From IMG/VR virus record IMGVR_UViG_3300022225_001767: a DNA stretch of 64,000 nt, one strand, 5' to 3'. Made by a program: the position numbers and the translations under genes. The number at the start of each line of letters is the position of its first letter. Position 1 is the stretch's first letter. Of the stretch, positions 9,681 through 18,343 are shown in pieces. This stretch comes from a virus. The notes under the pieces were generated by a model. It was not told where the DNA came from. It was given only the letters and a program-made list of their open reading frames with translations, and did no database searches.

Positions 9681-10814
9681 CTACCTTGATACTTTAGGTG
9701 ACTCAGGCTTATCAGGCTCTGGCTCACGGCCCAACAAATTATCAATCGTTCTAGCATCCGTCTGGATCAAGTTACTAGCACTTGCACGAAACGTAGGGTC
9801 AGCTTTGATGATTTTACTGGCGTTCTCTTCACTCGGTGACACTACACCCACCAGCGATCCATCGCCGCGTATTACCGCCATACCCTCTACCCATTCATGA
9901 CCCGTTTGCACTGCAACATCAAACTTTAACCCCACACTTTCGTTTGCAGGGACAGTAGGCAGTCTAGAAAGCGGGCTAGGGATGGTTGCATCTCGCGATA
10001 TAGCAGAGAGAATTGAATTTTGCATCGCATCCGCAACCGTTTTCATTTGCATCATATCAGATAGAGAATCAAGTTGACTGTTAGAACGCATCACTGTTGC
10101 GGCTTCATCTATCGTGCTATGCTGAAGCGGAGTGATTGCAGGGAACAATGAAGCTAAGCGCCGGTGGTTCGGATTGGCTTCGATACGCTCTTTCATGAAC
10201 GGCCAAATTTCATCCATATTATCACTGGTTATGCCGTGTTCTTGTCGGGTTTGCTCGGCCATTGCTCGAAACACTACCGCTGGAACAGATTCCGTGTTCA
10301 AGTCTTGCTGAAGCAATTCATTAAATGGTTTTGAACGATGTGCCATAACAATCATGTCTTCAAGATAGGATGCAACCGCTGTCGCCTCTCTACCGCTTTC
10401 AAACTTCATAGAAGGCATATTTCCGCTCAGCATACTTGGGCCTGCTACTTCATAGTGTGTATAGCGATAGTTTTCCGGCTTGCGCCAGTCAGGATTTAAG
10501 TTTTTAAAGTTAATGGATATATCACCGCTAACGCCCTCTAATGCTACCGTCTTTTCTGTCGAAGGGTGTGCGGGGTCGATAGTTTTTAGCGCCGCATTGA
10601 CCTTGGCCGCCAGGCTTTTTCTTACATCTGGCACATGCAGCTGTGTGTCGTTTTCGTGGACAAACGCCTCTACAGGCAGCTCAAGGACACCCGGTACAAT
10701 ACGGTAATCCCCCTCACTTTCTAATACACGTAGAGGCAGCTTGGCATTAAATGTTTCATTGTTGTGGCTTATCGTTACATCTAGATCTCTGTTCGGCGAG
10801 AGTGGCATAGTCAT
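9681..10814 (-). CDS. Hypothetical protein with basic C-terminal tail (SPKVSR)
   Basis: 377 aa, AAGGA SD. Confidence 0.75.
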   Translation of the reverse strand: MTMPLSPNRDLDVTISHNNETFNAKLPLRVLESEGDYRIVPGVLELPVEAFVHENDTQLHVPDVRKSLAAKVNAALKTIDPAHPSTEKTVALEGVSGDISINFKNLNPDWRKPENYRYTHYEVAGPSMLSGNMPSMKFESGREATAVASYLEDMIVMAHRSKPFNELLQQDLNTESVPAVVFRAMAEQTRQEHGITSDNMDEIWPFMKERIEANPNHRRLASLFPAITPLQHSTIDEAATVMRSNSQLDSLSDMMQMKTVADAMQNSILSAISRDATIPSPLSRLPTVPANESVGLKFDVAVQTGHEWVEGMAVIRGDGSLVGVVSPSEENASKIIKADPTFRASASNLIQTDARTIDNLLGREPEPDKPESPKVSR

Positions 10815-10949
10815 ATCCTTTATGCATTGCGTTATACCATTGATAGTATCACATTAGAAATAATTATCGTGCCATTTAAACATCAGCTTAAAGCAAGCAA
10901 AAAACCACCCTCTTAACCATGCTTATTTTCAACAGTAAGCATGTAACGC

Positions 10950-10994
10950 TTGACATATCACCGGGTTGTTGAGATAATGACCATGTCAACACAC
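10950..10994 (+). promoter_or_regulatory. Repeated promoter + GTCAACACA leader
   Basis: TTGACA 10950, TGAGATAAT, GTCAAC 10985. Confidence 0.85.
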
Positions 10995-11006
10995 AGGAGA
11001 TAAACC

Positions 11007-11501
11007 ATGCGAAACCTTATTCAAAAAACCTCAGCACTACTTGTTGCCGCAGTTAGCGTAGTCACACTTAGCGGTTGTGAGTCAACACCTAAGAACGACA
11101 ATGTGCGCGTGTTTTATACAGATGCCACGATTATCTCATTAGAGACAGCCACTCGTTGCAGCGGAAACGGGAATAGCAATGGCCCGTCACTTTTGGCTAT
11201 TATCGGTGGCGCAGCGCTGGGTGCTCACTTTGGCGGCAGCGACAGGGCAAAAGCGGGATTTGCGCTTCTTGGTGGTGCAGCAGGTGGGGCTATCTCTTCA
11301 GGTGCAAGCTCACGTGAACCTTATGGTCGCCAGCGCTGCAATGACAACTTTTATATAGCCAAGGTCAGCTTTATCGATCCTCTTACTATGCGCAAAGAAA
11401 TTTCAACGGTCAAACTGTCCAGTCGACCTTATTCAAAGCATTTGGAAAATGTAAAGATTGTTGCACCCAAGCTACCATTGAGCAACACACCAGTAAGGTA
11501 A
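11007..11501 (+). CDS. Lipoprotein with glycine-zipper 2TM motif
   Basis: Lipobox LSGC; IIGGAALGAHFGG…LLGGAAGG. Confidence 0.75.
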   Translation: MRNLIQKTSALLVAAVSVVTLSGCESTPKNDNVRVFYTDATIISLETATRCSGNGNSNGPSLLAIIGGAALGAHFGGSDRAKAGFALLGGAAGGAISSGASSREPYGRQRCNDNFYIAKVSFIDPLTMRKEISTVKLSSRPYSKHLENVKIVAPKLPLSNTPVR

Positions 11502-11612
11502 CATCAATCAGGCAATCTCATAGGCATACACAGTATGCCTTATCTTTTTTAAGGCTATGCGCGAGACTTTGTTCGAAAAAACGCTTGCCGTGGCATTGGG
11601 TTACACCTTAAA

Positions 11613-12113
11613 GTGAAAGACTTCTTACAGCTATATTCGCCTGATGAGCATCGCAATGTGTTTGACAAGCGCGTTTTTTTGTTGACATTTCATCTCATTG
11701 CTGAGATAATGAAATCTGTCAACACAACAAGAGTAAGCGTTATGCCAACAAGAGAAAAAGCACTTCTGTCTGTTCAAGCCACTCACCCTATCCATAGCGA
11801 TATCACGCATGTTGATATTGTGGTTGATTATTTCGAGGGACAGTACCGCATGGTGCTTCAACCTAAAAACAAGCGAGATGGTTTAGATAGCACTATTATC
11901 GTTGTTGGGAAAAACAGCGTTGGTACAAAAATCGTGCTTCGCCGAGTTTCTCGTTATTCATCAAAAACGCTTGAGAACATCTACCCTTCTGCATCTAACT
12001 GGCACACAATCTATGATGCTGTTTTTGCGCAAGGTTTCATTCTTGACGATGAGGCCAAAGAGGCACTGCAATGTGAGGTTGAATTGGCGGAAGAAGCGCG
12101 CTCTCAGCTGTAG
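11613..12113 (+). CDS. Hypothetical protein
   Basis: 166 aa ORF. Confidence 0.65.
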   Translation: MKDFLQLYSPDEHRNVFDKRVFLLTFHLIAEIMKSVNTTRVSVMPTREKALLSVQATHPIHSDITHVDIVVDYFEGQYRMVLQPKNKRDGLDSTIIVVGKNSVGTKIVLRRVSRYSSKTLENIYPSASNWHTIYDAVFAQGFILDDEAKEALQCEVELAEEARSQL

Positions 12114-12147
12114 CGCGCCATCACCTCACACAGCAATTACAAAATCA

Positions 12148-12192
12148 TTGACAACGCCCACAGCGCATGAGATGATATCACCGTCAACACAA
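12148..12192 (+). promoter_or_regulatory. Repeated promoter + GTCAACACAA leader
   Basis: TTGACA 12148, TGAGATGAT, GTCAAC 12183. Confidence 0.85.
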
Positions 12193-12206
12193 AAGCGAAC
12201 TTTAAT

Positions 12207-12617
12207 ATGAATTCTCAATTTAACAATGCGTACCAGTTACTGTCGGACGAAGATAACAATGCGCAATTAATCATTACGCCCAGCGCGCAATTCACGAAAG
12301 AGACGTCGCTCATGCTCGTGCCTGAGACTACATCTTCATCGTTGCTGGTTGTGGACTTAAGCATGAAGGAAAATATCGACCTTTCCTCTTTTGTTCAAAG
12401 TGCCTCGGTTGCCAATTCAGCGTGTGACGTTGCCCCGTTAGTGCTTAAAGACAACCCTGATGCGACATTAACATTTTCGCTTGAAAGTGACTGTGATCCA
12501 TATCGCTTGTTTATTGTGGCTGATTTTGAAAACAGTGTCGATGGCAGTAAAAACTTTCGCATAACGCTGCCATTGTCGACCACAGCCGACGCTCTTTTGA
12601 ATGCGTTAAACCATTAA
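12207..12617 (+). CDS. Hypothetical protein
   Basis: 136 aa, follows the repeat promoter. Confidence 0.75.
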   Translation: MNSQFNNAYQLLSDEDNNAQLIITPSAQFTKETSLMLVPETTSSSLLVVDLSMKENIDLSSFVQSASVANSACDVAPLVLKDNPDATLTFSLESDCDPYRLFIVADFENSVDGSKNFRITLPLSTTADALLNALNH

Positions 12618-12637
12618 TTATTTAGAGGGGAAGCATC

Positions 12638-12961
12638 ATGAATTACGACAATGCGGGGGCACGTGTCGCATCAACATCAAAGTGGGAGTGCCGCTTTGAT
12701 CATGCGACACTTTCTGCGCTTAAGGCGGAAAGTGAGACGGTTCGCAAGATGAACAATGGCGTAGCGAGGCGAGAACGCCTTCTTGCGCTGCTTAAGCGCG
12801 GATTCAGAGTCTGCCTCGATTTTTCTCATGGTGGCTCTTGGAGCAGCAAAGATAAAGACGTGAAGTATTTACTTAAAAAGAACAAAGTGATGCTTCACAA
12901 ACAGTATGAGCACTCAGCTGTTACCGAACATAAAAGTCACAATTACTTAGGCATTGTTTAA
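12638..12961 (+). CDS. Hypothetical protein
   Basis: 107 aa, GAGGGG SD. Confidence 0.7.
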   Translation: MNYDNAGARVASTSKWECRFDHATLSALKAESETVRKMNNGVARRERLLALLKRGFRVCLDFSHGGSWSSKDKDVKYLLKKNKVMLHKQYEHSAVTEHKSHNYLGIV

Positions 12962-12985
12962 CTGTCACAACAAAGAGAATGCAAA

Positions 12986-13816
12986 ATGACACGACATACC
13001 GTCACCATAACTAACCCTGAACGCACGTTTATTGTTGCGGATATCCATGGCCAAGACGCCTTACTCGAAAAGGCGTTAGGTGAGGTTGGTTTTTCAGCGG
13101 CGAATGGCGATGTGCTTTATGGTTTAGGCGATCTGATTGACAGGGGTCCTCAAAACACTGATGTGCTGTATCGATTTACACAACCTGGTTACCATACGAC
13201 CCTTGGCAACCATGAAGCCATCTTTCTAGCGTTGTTGGACAACTTGTCACCTGAGGATGCCATTGACATCGCAACGTTTCTTCATGAAGGCGGCATGGCG
13301 CTTATTATTGAATTTGTAAATGATGAAAAGACAAGGGTGAGGTATCGCTCGCATCTACCTGAAGCGTTGCAGGCCAATATGCTTATGGTGAGCTGGCTGT
13401 ATAACGGCGGAGCATGGTTCTTTGTCGATGCCAATCGTCGACCTGCTATACAATGGGAGGCGATTGAATACGCCAAACAGATCGACTTTCATCAAGCCAT
13501 TGAACTCGATACTCCACTGGGCAAGTTGGGGCTTGTTCATGCAGCGGTCCCTGATGGCGATTGGTCAGGTACAGACAGACTTGCTGTGGATGTTGACGCC
13601 TACCATCTCTGGGACAAGCATGCTGCCAAACTTGCGTTTGACGACACGTCGCCTGCCCCAACCTATGTTGCCAATATAGACAGGGTGGTGGTAGGTCATT
13701 GCATCACACCAACACATCGTCCCTTGTTAAGCGGGAACACTGTGTATATGGACACTGGAGCCGCAAAAGGCTTATCTCCTAGGGTTATGTCTGTCTCTGA
13801 TATTTTTTCACTTTAG
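12986..13816 (+). CDS. PPP-family metallophosphoesterase (PphA / lambda NinI-like Ser/Thr phosphatase)
   Basis: DIHG, GDLIDRG, GNHE, VHA, GH, DTGA motifs. Confidence 0.9.
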   Translation: MTRHTVTITNPERTFIVADIHGQDALLEKALGEVGFSAANGDVLYGLGDLIDRGPQNTDVLYRFTQPGYHTTLGNHEAIFLALLDNLSPEDAIDIATFLHEGGMALIIEFVNDEKTRVRYRSHLPEALQANMLMVSWLYNGGAWFFVDANRRPAIQWEAIEYAKQIDFHQAIELDTPLGKLGLVHAAVPDGDWSGTDRLAVDVDAYHLWDKHAAKLAFDDTSPAPTYVANIDRVVVGHCITPTHRPLLSGNTVYMDTGAAKGLSPRVMSVSDIFSL

Positions 13817-13841
13817 TGTTGTATCTTGACTAAGGCTGTTG

Positions 13842-14570
13842 CTATCGCTTACGACGCGACAGCAACAGCATACCAAACCCGAATCCACCCAGCATACCAA
13901 CAGGCACATCGCTAACGCTTTGTTGTAAATAACCAAAAGTGTTTAGCGCCTGGCGTGACTCTTCGTTATCCTCCAGGGAAAATGTCATCGACGGCAACGC
14001 AACGCCTGTGCTATTGCCTGTACCGTCCAACCTGTCATTGTGAATAACAACCCTGAAGTCACGCGCGAGCTCCGGCACTTTTACATCATTGACTTCGCGA
14101 TACCCCCATGAGCTCAAATCGTAATAGCCTAACTGTGTAATAGCGCCGGCTTGCGCTCCAGCCTCATTAAAAAACGTCACATACATACGCGAACGATCAC
14201 GGTCATTATACGATGAGTTAATATACATACCCATATCCATAGTAACCAATCCAGTATCAACAAGATCTATGTTTATGCCTCTGGCCTGGAGGTTACCAAA
14301 TTGCTCCATATAAGCATTGGCCGTACTTCCGCCCCACGCTGCGTAAAACTGTCCATCGTATCCATCTATCTCCCCGGTCCTATCCGGGAAGCGAAATTCC
14401 CCTGCAAAAATATCCCACTCTTCGCGCGCCCCAGTGCGGGCGTCAGCACCATTCACAGGTTGGAATGTGCTGTTCGCTATTAGATTTTCAGTAGTAACAA
14501 TGTTCGCGAAAGCTGAACTCGATAATAAGCACCCCGCAACGACGCCCAACCATTTCATAAAATCCCTCAT
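13842..14570 (-). CDS. Exported protein with PEP-CTERM-like tail
   Basis: Signal peptide; VSDVPVG + TM + SRRKR; related to the 28238 gene. Confidence 0.8.
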   Translation of the reverse strand: MRDFMKWLGVVAGCLLSSSAFANIVTTENLIANSTFQPVNGADARTGAREEWDIFAGEFRFPDRTGEIDGYDGQFYAAWGGSTANAYMEQFGNLQARGINIDLVDTGLVTMDMGMYINSSYNDRDRSRMYVTFFNEAGAQAGAITQLGYYDLSSWGYREVNDVKVPELARDFRVVIHNDRLDGTGNSTGVALPSMTFSLEDNEESRQALNTFGYLQQSVSDVPVGMLGGFGFGMLLLSRRKR

Positions 14571-14635
14571 TCATATTCTTTTCATTAAAATGACTATAAA
14601 GCAAACCCTGTTCCTCTTTTGCTGGATGCCCCATG

Positions 14636-14681
14636 TTGACAACGTTCTCACATAGTGAGATACTGGTCTTCGTCAACACAA
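14636..14681 (+). promoter_or_regulatory. Repeated promoter + GTCAACACAA leader
   Basis: TTGACA 14636, TGAGATACT, GTCAAC 14672. Confidence 0.85.
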
Positions 14682-14698
14682 TTACAGGAAACAACACC

Positions 14699-15322
14699 AT
14701 GAACACAACAACGATTTTAACACCGCGTGCGTCGCGTGATGACATTATTGCACGCGTGCGAGATGAACAATGTGTCTACAGCAATGTAATGACAAGTGAA
14801 GCGCTTAATGTAATGGCGCTATGCTTATTGTATCGTATGCTATATGAAACTCATCCGAATAAAAATGACGTCACAGCGGATGCGTTAGGTGACTGGGCAG
14901 AAGAGCACACGCTCTTAAACAATATTTGCGATAAAGCTGAAGCGCTACTGGATATTGACACTTCGGGAATGGAAGGCGAACCAGACGACATTGCACGGTT
15001 CACGCACGCCACTGATATCGAACGAGTGGAGATCATACTGTCCATGCTTGCCACTCCCCTGTATGCGCTTTTACCTGAACTCAACACGATGCCGGTTTAT
15101 CTTATCTTGGACAATGGTGGCTCGCTTGACGCATGGGGTAACGCGCTGGCACAAGGCGAGTCGGAGGATTCCCCTATCCTTGTGTTTGGGGACAGCCTGT
15201 CGGCAGCGTCGCTTCATGATGAGCTACTTGCCACAATGATGACCTCTGGTGCTCTTTCTTCAGCGACGCCGTCGCAAGAGGAGAGCTCAATCGCTTTTCT
15301 TTCTCTTATCAAAAAAAGATGA
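14699..15322 (+). CDS. Acidic hypothetical protein
   Basis: ATG 14699 after AGGA SD. Confidence 0.75.
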   Translation: MNTTTILTPRASRDDIIARVRDEQCVYSNVMTSEALNVMALCLLYRMLYETHPNKNDVTADALGDWAEEHTLLNNICDKAEALLDIDTSGMEGEPDDIARFTHATDIERVEIILSMLATPLYALLPELNTMPVYLILDNGGSLDAWGNALAQGESEDSPILVFGDSLSAASLHDELLATMMTSGALSSATPSQEESSIAFLSLIKKR

Positions 15323-15918
15323 GGCATTACATGCATAACATAGAAGAACGATTACTTTCCGGCATTGGAGGCAACCCTTTTTCGCGCGCACCATTAGAAG
15401 AAATCACCTTTTCTCCCCGTCGCTTCGCAAGTCAATTTCTTGCTATGAATGTCGATGCTGAGGCGCACTTCGAGGAGCATGGCGACCTGAGGTCCGCACT
15501 GCAACTAATGACACCTGGTTTTCAGCGTGATGCTGACAAGTGGTCCAGAGAAAAGCAGGTTAAATTCATAGAAAATTCACTATCCGGTTTTCGGTCGACA
15601 CTGCAAATCTTTGGGCTTGCCAGTGACACTACTTACAGCAACAGCATACCGCTTCACAGCAAAGTGCTTGATGGGTTGCAGCGATCAACAGCATGGGTAG
15701 ACTTTACTGAAAATAAATTTACGGTATTTAATGGATTGAGTTTCGATGACATTAAGAGCTTGTCATTGCTTAACCATGTGCGCTGTCACCTTCAGTGCTT
15801 CGTTTTCGAGACCGAGCGTGAAGCCTGCACCTATTATATCGATATCAATCGCGGTTTCACTCACTCAGAAGCGGATATTGTTCGAGCTGAGAAGTATATG
15901 GAAAATTTACCAAAATGA
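15319..15918 (+). CDS. DUF262 (ParB/Srx-like, GmrSD N-terminal-type) domain protein
   Basis: PGFQRD…W…Q…FIEN…G and VLDGLQRSTA signature. Confidence 0.75.
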   Translation: MRHYMHNIEERLLSGIGGNPFSRAPLEEITFSPRRFASQFLAMNVDAEAHFEEHGDLRSALQLMTPGFQRDADKWSREKQVKFIENSLSGFRSTLQIFGLASDTTYSNSIPLHSKVLDGLQRSTAWVDFTENKFTVFNGLSFDDIKSLSLLNHVRCHLQCFVFETEREACTYYIDINRGFTHSEADIVRAEKYMENLPK

Positions 15919-15920
15919 TC

Positions 15921-15946
15921 AAAAAGGAGGCTAGCCTCCTTTTTTT
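15921..15946. terminator. Bidirectional intrinsic terminator
   Basis: AAAAAGGAGG-CTAG-CCTCCTTTTTT between convergent genes. Confidence 0.8.
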
Positions 15947-16292
15947 ACGCCCTAGCCAAAGCATGTACACCGTAACCGTATTTTTTCTTTATAGGCGCGT
16001 TTAGCGCGCGCTGTAATTTATTCCAAGCGTCCTTGATCTCACGCTTACTCTTCTTCGGCGCTTTAACAGACACCATTTTACCATCATGAAGACAGGCATC
16101 TTCTGTTATTGGCAGTCCAACAAAATAATGGTACCTCATCTTACTGTCCATATCACACAGCACAACCAGGCCTTTTTCCCTACAGTCCTCAATGATGTCA
16201 TCTACCAAACCAGCTTCTACAGCATCTTTCTTGGTTCTAAATATCGCACGGTAACCTTGCATAACGGTAACGTATAACATTATCATCTCCAA
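15945..16292 (-). CDS. Hypothetical protein
   Basis: 115 aa ORF ending at the terminator. Confidence 0.65.
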   Translation of the reverse strand: MEMIMLYVTVMQGYRAIFRTKKDAVEAGLVDDIIEDCREKGLVVLCDMDSKMRYHYFVGLPITEDACLHDGKMVSVKAPKKSKREIKDAWNKLQRALNAPIKKKYGYGVHALARA

Positions 16293-16332
16293 TAAACAGA
16301 TAGCTCATGGATAATATCACTGACGCGGAAAA

Positions 16333-17052
16333 CTATGGTTTTTTTCTTGATCTAAACAGCGCACACCCTGTTATTATCGCCACGGCACTTAAGGGAAATG
16401 TGCCTGTTATGCCTACATCGTTAACGGTTGATGTTCTTGTTGAACTTAAGGTATACCCACCTTCAGAAACCAAAAAGACTGCGCTGTGATCCTGACTGTT
16501 GAAGTAACCTGAACGATTGTAATCTGACATTTTCATCCTGAAGCTATCTCCAAACAACTCTATAGAGGTTCTCCCTGAGGCGTTTTCATCAGGGTGAGTG
16601 CTTGGCAGGTGGTATCCTGACACATACATTGAACTGCTTGAACTTCTTGTTTCTCCCAACAGTAACTTTGCTCGTTCATAGTTCTCATGGTGTTTAGGGT
16701 CATTGTGTCGATTTAGGGAGAGCGAGTCTGTCGCGCCTGGGGAGGGCAAATGTGACACATAATCATAATTTGTGACAGCCATCATAAAGTGATACACTTC
16801 TTCAGCTGTTGGTATCCGAAACCCCTCAAACCGCCCAGACTCAATCATATCACCATGCAAGCGTGCTCCCTCAACACTTGACATCGACATGCGATGCGTT
16901 TCAGTTAAATCTAGCCACTCTAATCCGGTGTCCTCATGGAGTGTGATTTTTTTATCACCTTCCACTTTCCAATCGCCCTCAACCAATCCCGCTTGAGCGC
17001 CAAAAGACATTGCTGCAAAAACAATGCTTGAGATTATTGTACGTCGTTTCAT
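16333..17052 (-). CDS. Exported protein with PEP-CTERM-like tail
   Basis: Signal peptide; TLHEDTGLEWLDLTET; VNDVG + TM + RSRKKP. Confidence 0.8.
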   Translation of the reverse strand: MKRRTIISSIVFAAMSFGAQAGLVEGDWKVEGDKKITLHEDTGLEWLDLTETHRMSMSSVEGARLHGDMIESGRFEGFRIPTAEEVYHFMMAVTNYDYVSHLPSPGATDSLSLNRHNDPKHHENYERAKLLLGETRSSSSSMYVSGYHLPSTHPDENASGRTSIELFGDSFRMKMSDYNRSGYFNSQDHSAVFLVSEGGYTLSSTRTSTVNDVGITGTFPLSAVAIITGCALFRSRKKP

Positions 17053-17118
17053 ATCAATCCCTTATTACGAATAAAATGAAAAAGAAAGCAAGTATTACGC
17101 CCATATCAACCTTAAATC

Positions 17119-17164
17119 TTGCGAATCATTGTGAATAATGAGATAATTTACAGGTCAACACAAC
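17119..17164 (+). promoter_or_regulatory. Repeated promoter + GTCAACACAAC leader
   Basis: TTGCGA 17119, TGAGATAAT, GTCAAC 17154. Confidence 0.8.
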
Positions 17165-17177
17165 ACGGAAACGAAAC

Positions 17178-17534
17178 ATGCTATATTTGAACGATTCGGC
17201 AGGAAACTCAATTGCTATACCTTCTCTGAAGGAGGTCACGCATCTTCTACGAAGAAATCTATGGGTAAAAAGACAATACCCGATATTGCGTGCTTACCTG
17301 GCTGGCAGCACCTCCAGAGGGGAAGCTCGTCCTGACAGCGATCTGGATATCCTTTTAGTGATAAATCCGGTAAAAGGCAAGCGGTCAATTAGCGTGTCAG
17401 AGCATTATCATGCAAGATTTACCGCTGACCACCAAAAGCCTCACTTTGAAGGAAGGCAGGTGGACTTTCAGTTTTATTACCCTGATGAAGAGTCACGCAT
17501 TTTAAAAATGAACAACCCTATTTTGTTGGCCTGA
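17178..17534 (+). CDS. Minimal nucleotidyltransferase (Pol-beta superfamily, MNT-like)
   Basis: YLAGSTSRGEARPDSDLDILL and third acidic residue in VDF. Confidence 0.85.
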   Translation: MLYLNDSAGNSIAIPSLKEVTHLLRRNLWVKRQYPILRAYLAGSTSRGEARPDSDLDILLVINPVKGKRSISVSEHYHARFTADHQKPHFEGRQVDFQFYYPDEESRILKMNNPILLA

Positions 17535-17548
17535 ATTCCGCGTCACAC

Positions 17549-17592
17549 TTGACTACAAACACAGCTTTTGAGATAATAGTTTTGTCAACACA
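17549..17592 (+). promoter_or_regulatory. Repeated promoter + GTCAACACA leader
   Basis: TTGACT 17549, TGAGATAAT, GTCAAC 17584. Confidence 0.85.
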
Positions 17593-17606
17593 GTACGGAG
17601 AATATC

Positions 17607-17999
17607 ATGTCTACAACCTATACCTCACCTCGCTTAGCGGTTTTAATTGCAGGTTTTATCATTGGTGCAAATGCGGCTGCGCTTAATTTAGCCAAAGTGG
17701 AGTCTGTTGCTGAGGCGTCCACTGCATACGTAACACCAACAGAGCGCATTACACTTGGATTTAACGCACTATCTGCGATACGAAACAAAGCGGCCGACCT
17801 CCCACGGGACACGGCGCTTTACACACACTTCGATGAGAATGAGATTATTACTGTTGCCCATTATATTGGCGACTACAACATGCAGGTGAGAGAAACCTGT
17901 AATAACGATAAACTAATGCCGTTGTCATTGGACATGACAAACCAGCGCATTAGCATCGCTACGTCATCATTTATCAAAGCTTGTCGCGGCCATTTGTAG
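17607..17999 (+). CDS. Exported or membrane-anchored hypothetical protein
   Basis: N-terminal hydrophobic segment, GGAG SD. Confidence 0.7.
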   Translation: MSTTYTSPRLAVLIAGFIIGANAAALNLAKVESVAEASTAYVTPTERITLGFNALSAIRNKAADLPRDTALYTHFDENEIITVAHYIGDYNMQVRETCNNDKLMPLSLDMTNQRISIATSSFIKACRGHL

Positions 18000-18037
18000 T
18001 CGCGCAAAAAAAAAGATCGAAAAAAATAGAAAAAGTG

Positions 18038-18072
18038 TTGACAGGATCTAAATGTTGTGAGAGGATACACAT
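18038..18072 (+). promoter_or_regulatory. Promoter of the candidate sRNA
   Basis: A-tract UP element, TTGACA 18038, 17-bp spacer ending TGA, GAGGAT; the +1 region reads GTCGAA rather than GTCAAC. Confidence 0.6.
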
Positions 18073-18329
18073 GTCGAAAGGGAGAACACAGGTTCAAACC
18101 TGACGACAATGCTAACAACGCCTTGAGATTACTCGGCCTGTTAGCCGCGGGGGCACTAAGAACGTCAACACTTAATGCCTATATAACCGCCCAGTTTATT
18201 TGCCTGGCACCTGTTGTGTTGACGCCCTCTTGGTGCTAGGCCCCCCTTCGCTGCACGCTCTGTTGTGTTGACGCCTTCTCAGCGTGCAGCCCCTAAACAA
18301 AAAAAAGCGCCTTTGTGGCGCTTTTTTTG
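18073..18329 (+). ncRNA. Candidate trans-acting sRNA, antisense to the GUCAACACAACAG mRNA leaders
   Basis: No credible ORF. Hairpins 18203-18240 and 18250-18290 each present (C)TGTTGTGTTGACGCC in the loop; own promoter and terminator. Confidence 0.7.
18299..18329. terminator. Bidirectional intrinsic terminator
   Basis: AAAAAAAGCGCC-TTTGT-GGCGCTTTTTTT. Confidence 0.85.
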
Positions 18330-18343
18330 TATCTGTAGATAGC

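Noticed and set aside
18057-18239. 60-aa ORF over the candidate sRNA
   Set aside because: GTG start overlaps the predicted -10 region, there is no SD, and the sequence is better explained by RNA structure
18211-18275. Two 16-nt direct repeats read as a mini-CRISPR array
   Set aside because: Only two copies, located in hairpin loops rather than being palindromic repeats, and no cas genes in the window. The antisense-loop reading fits better.
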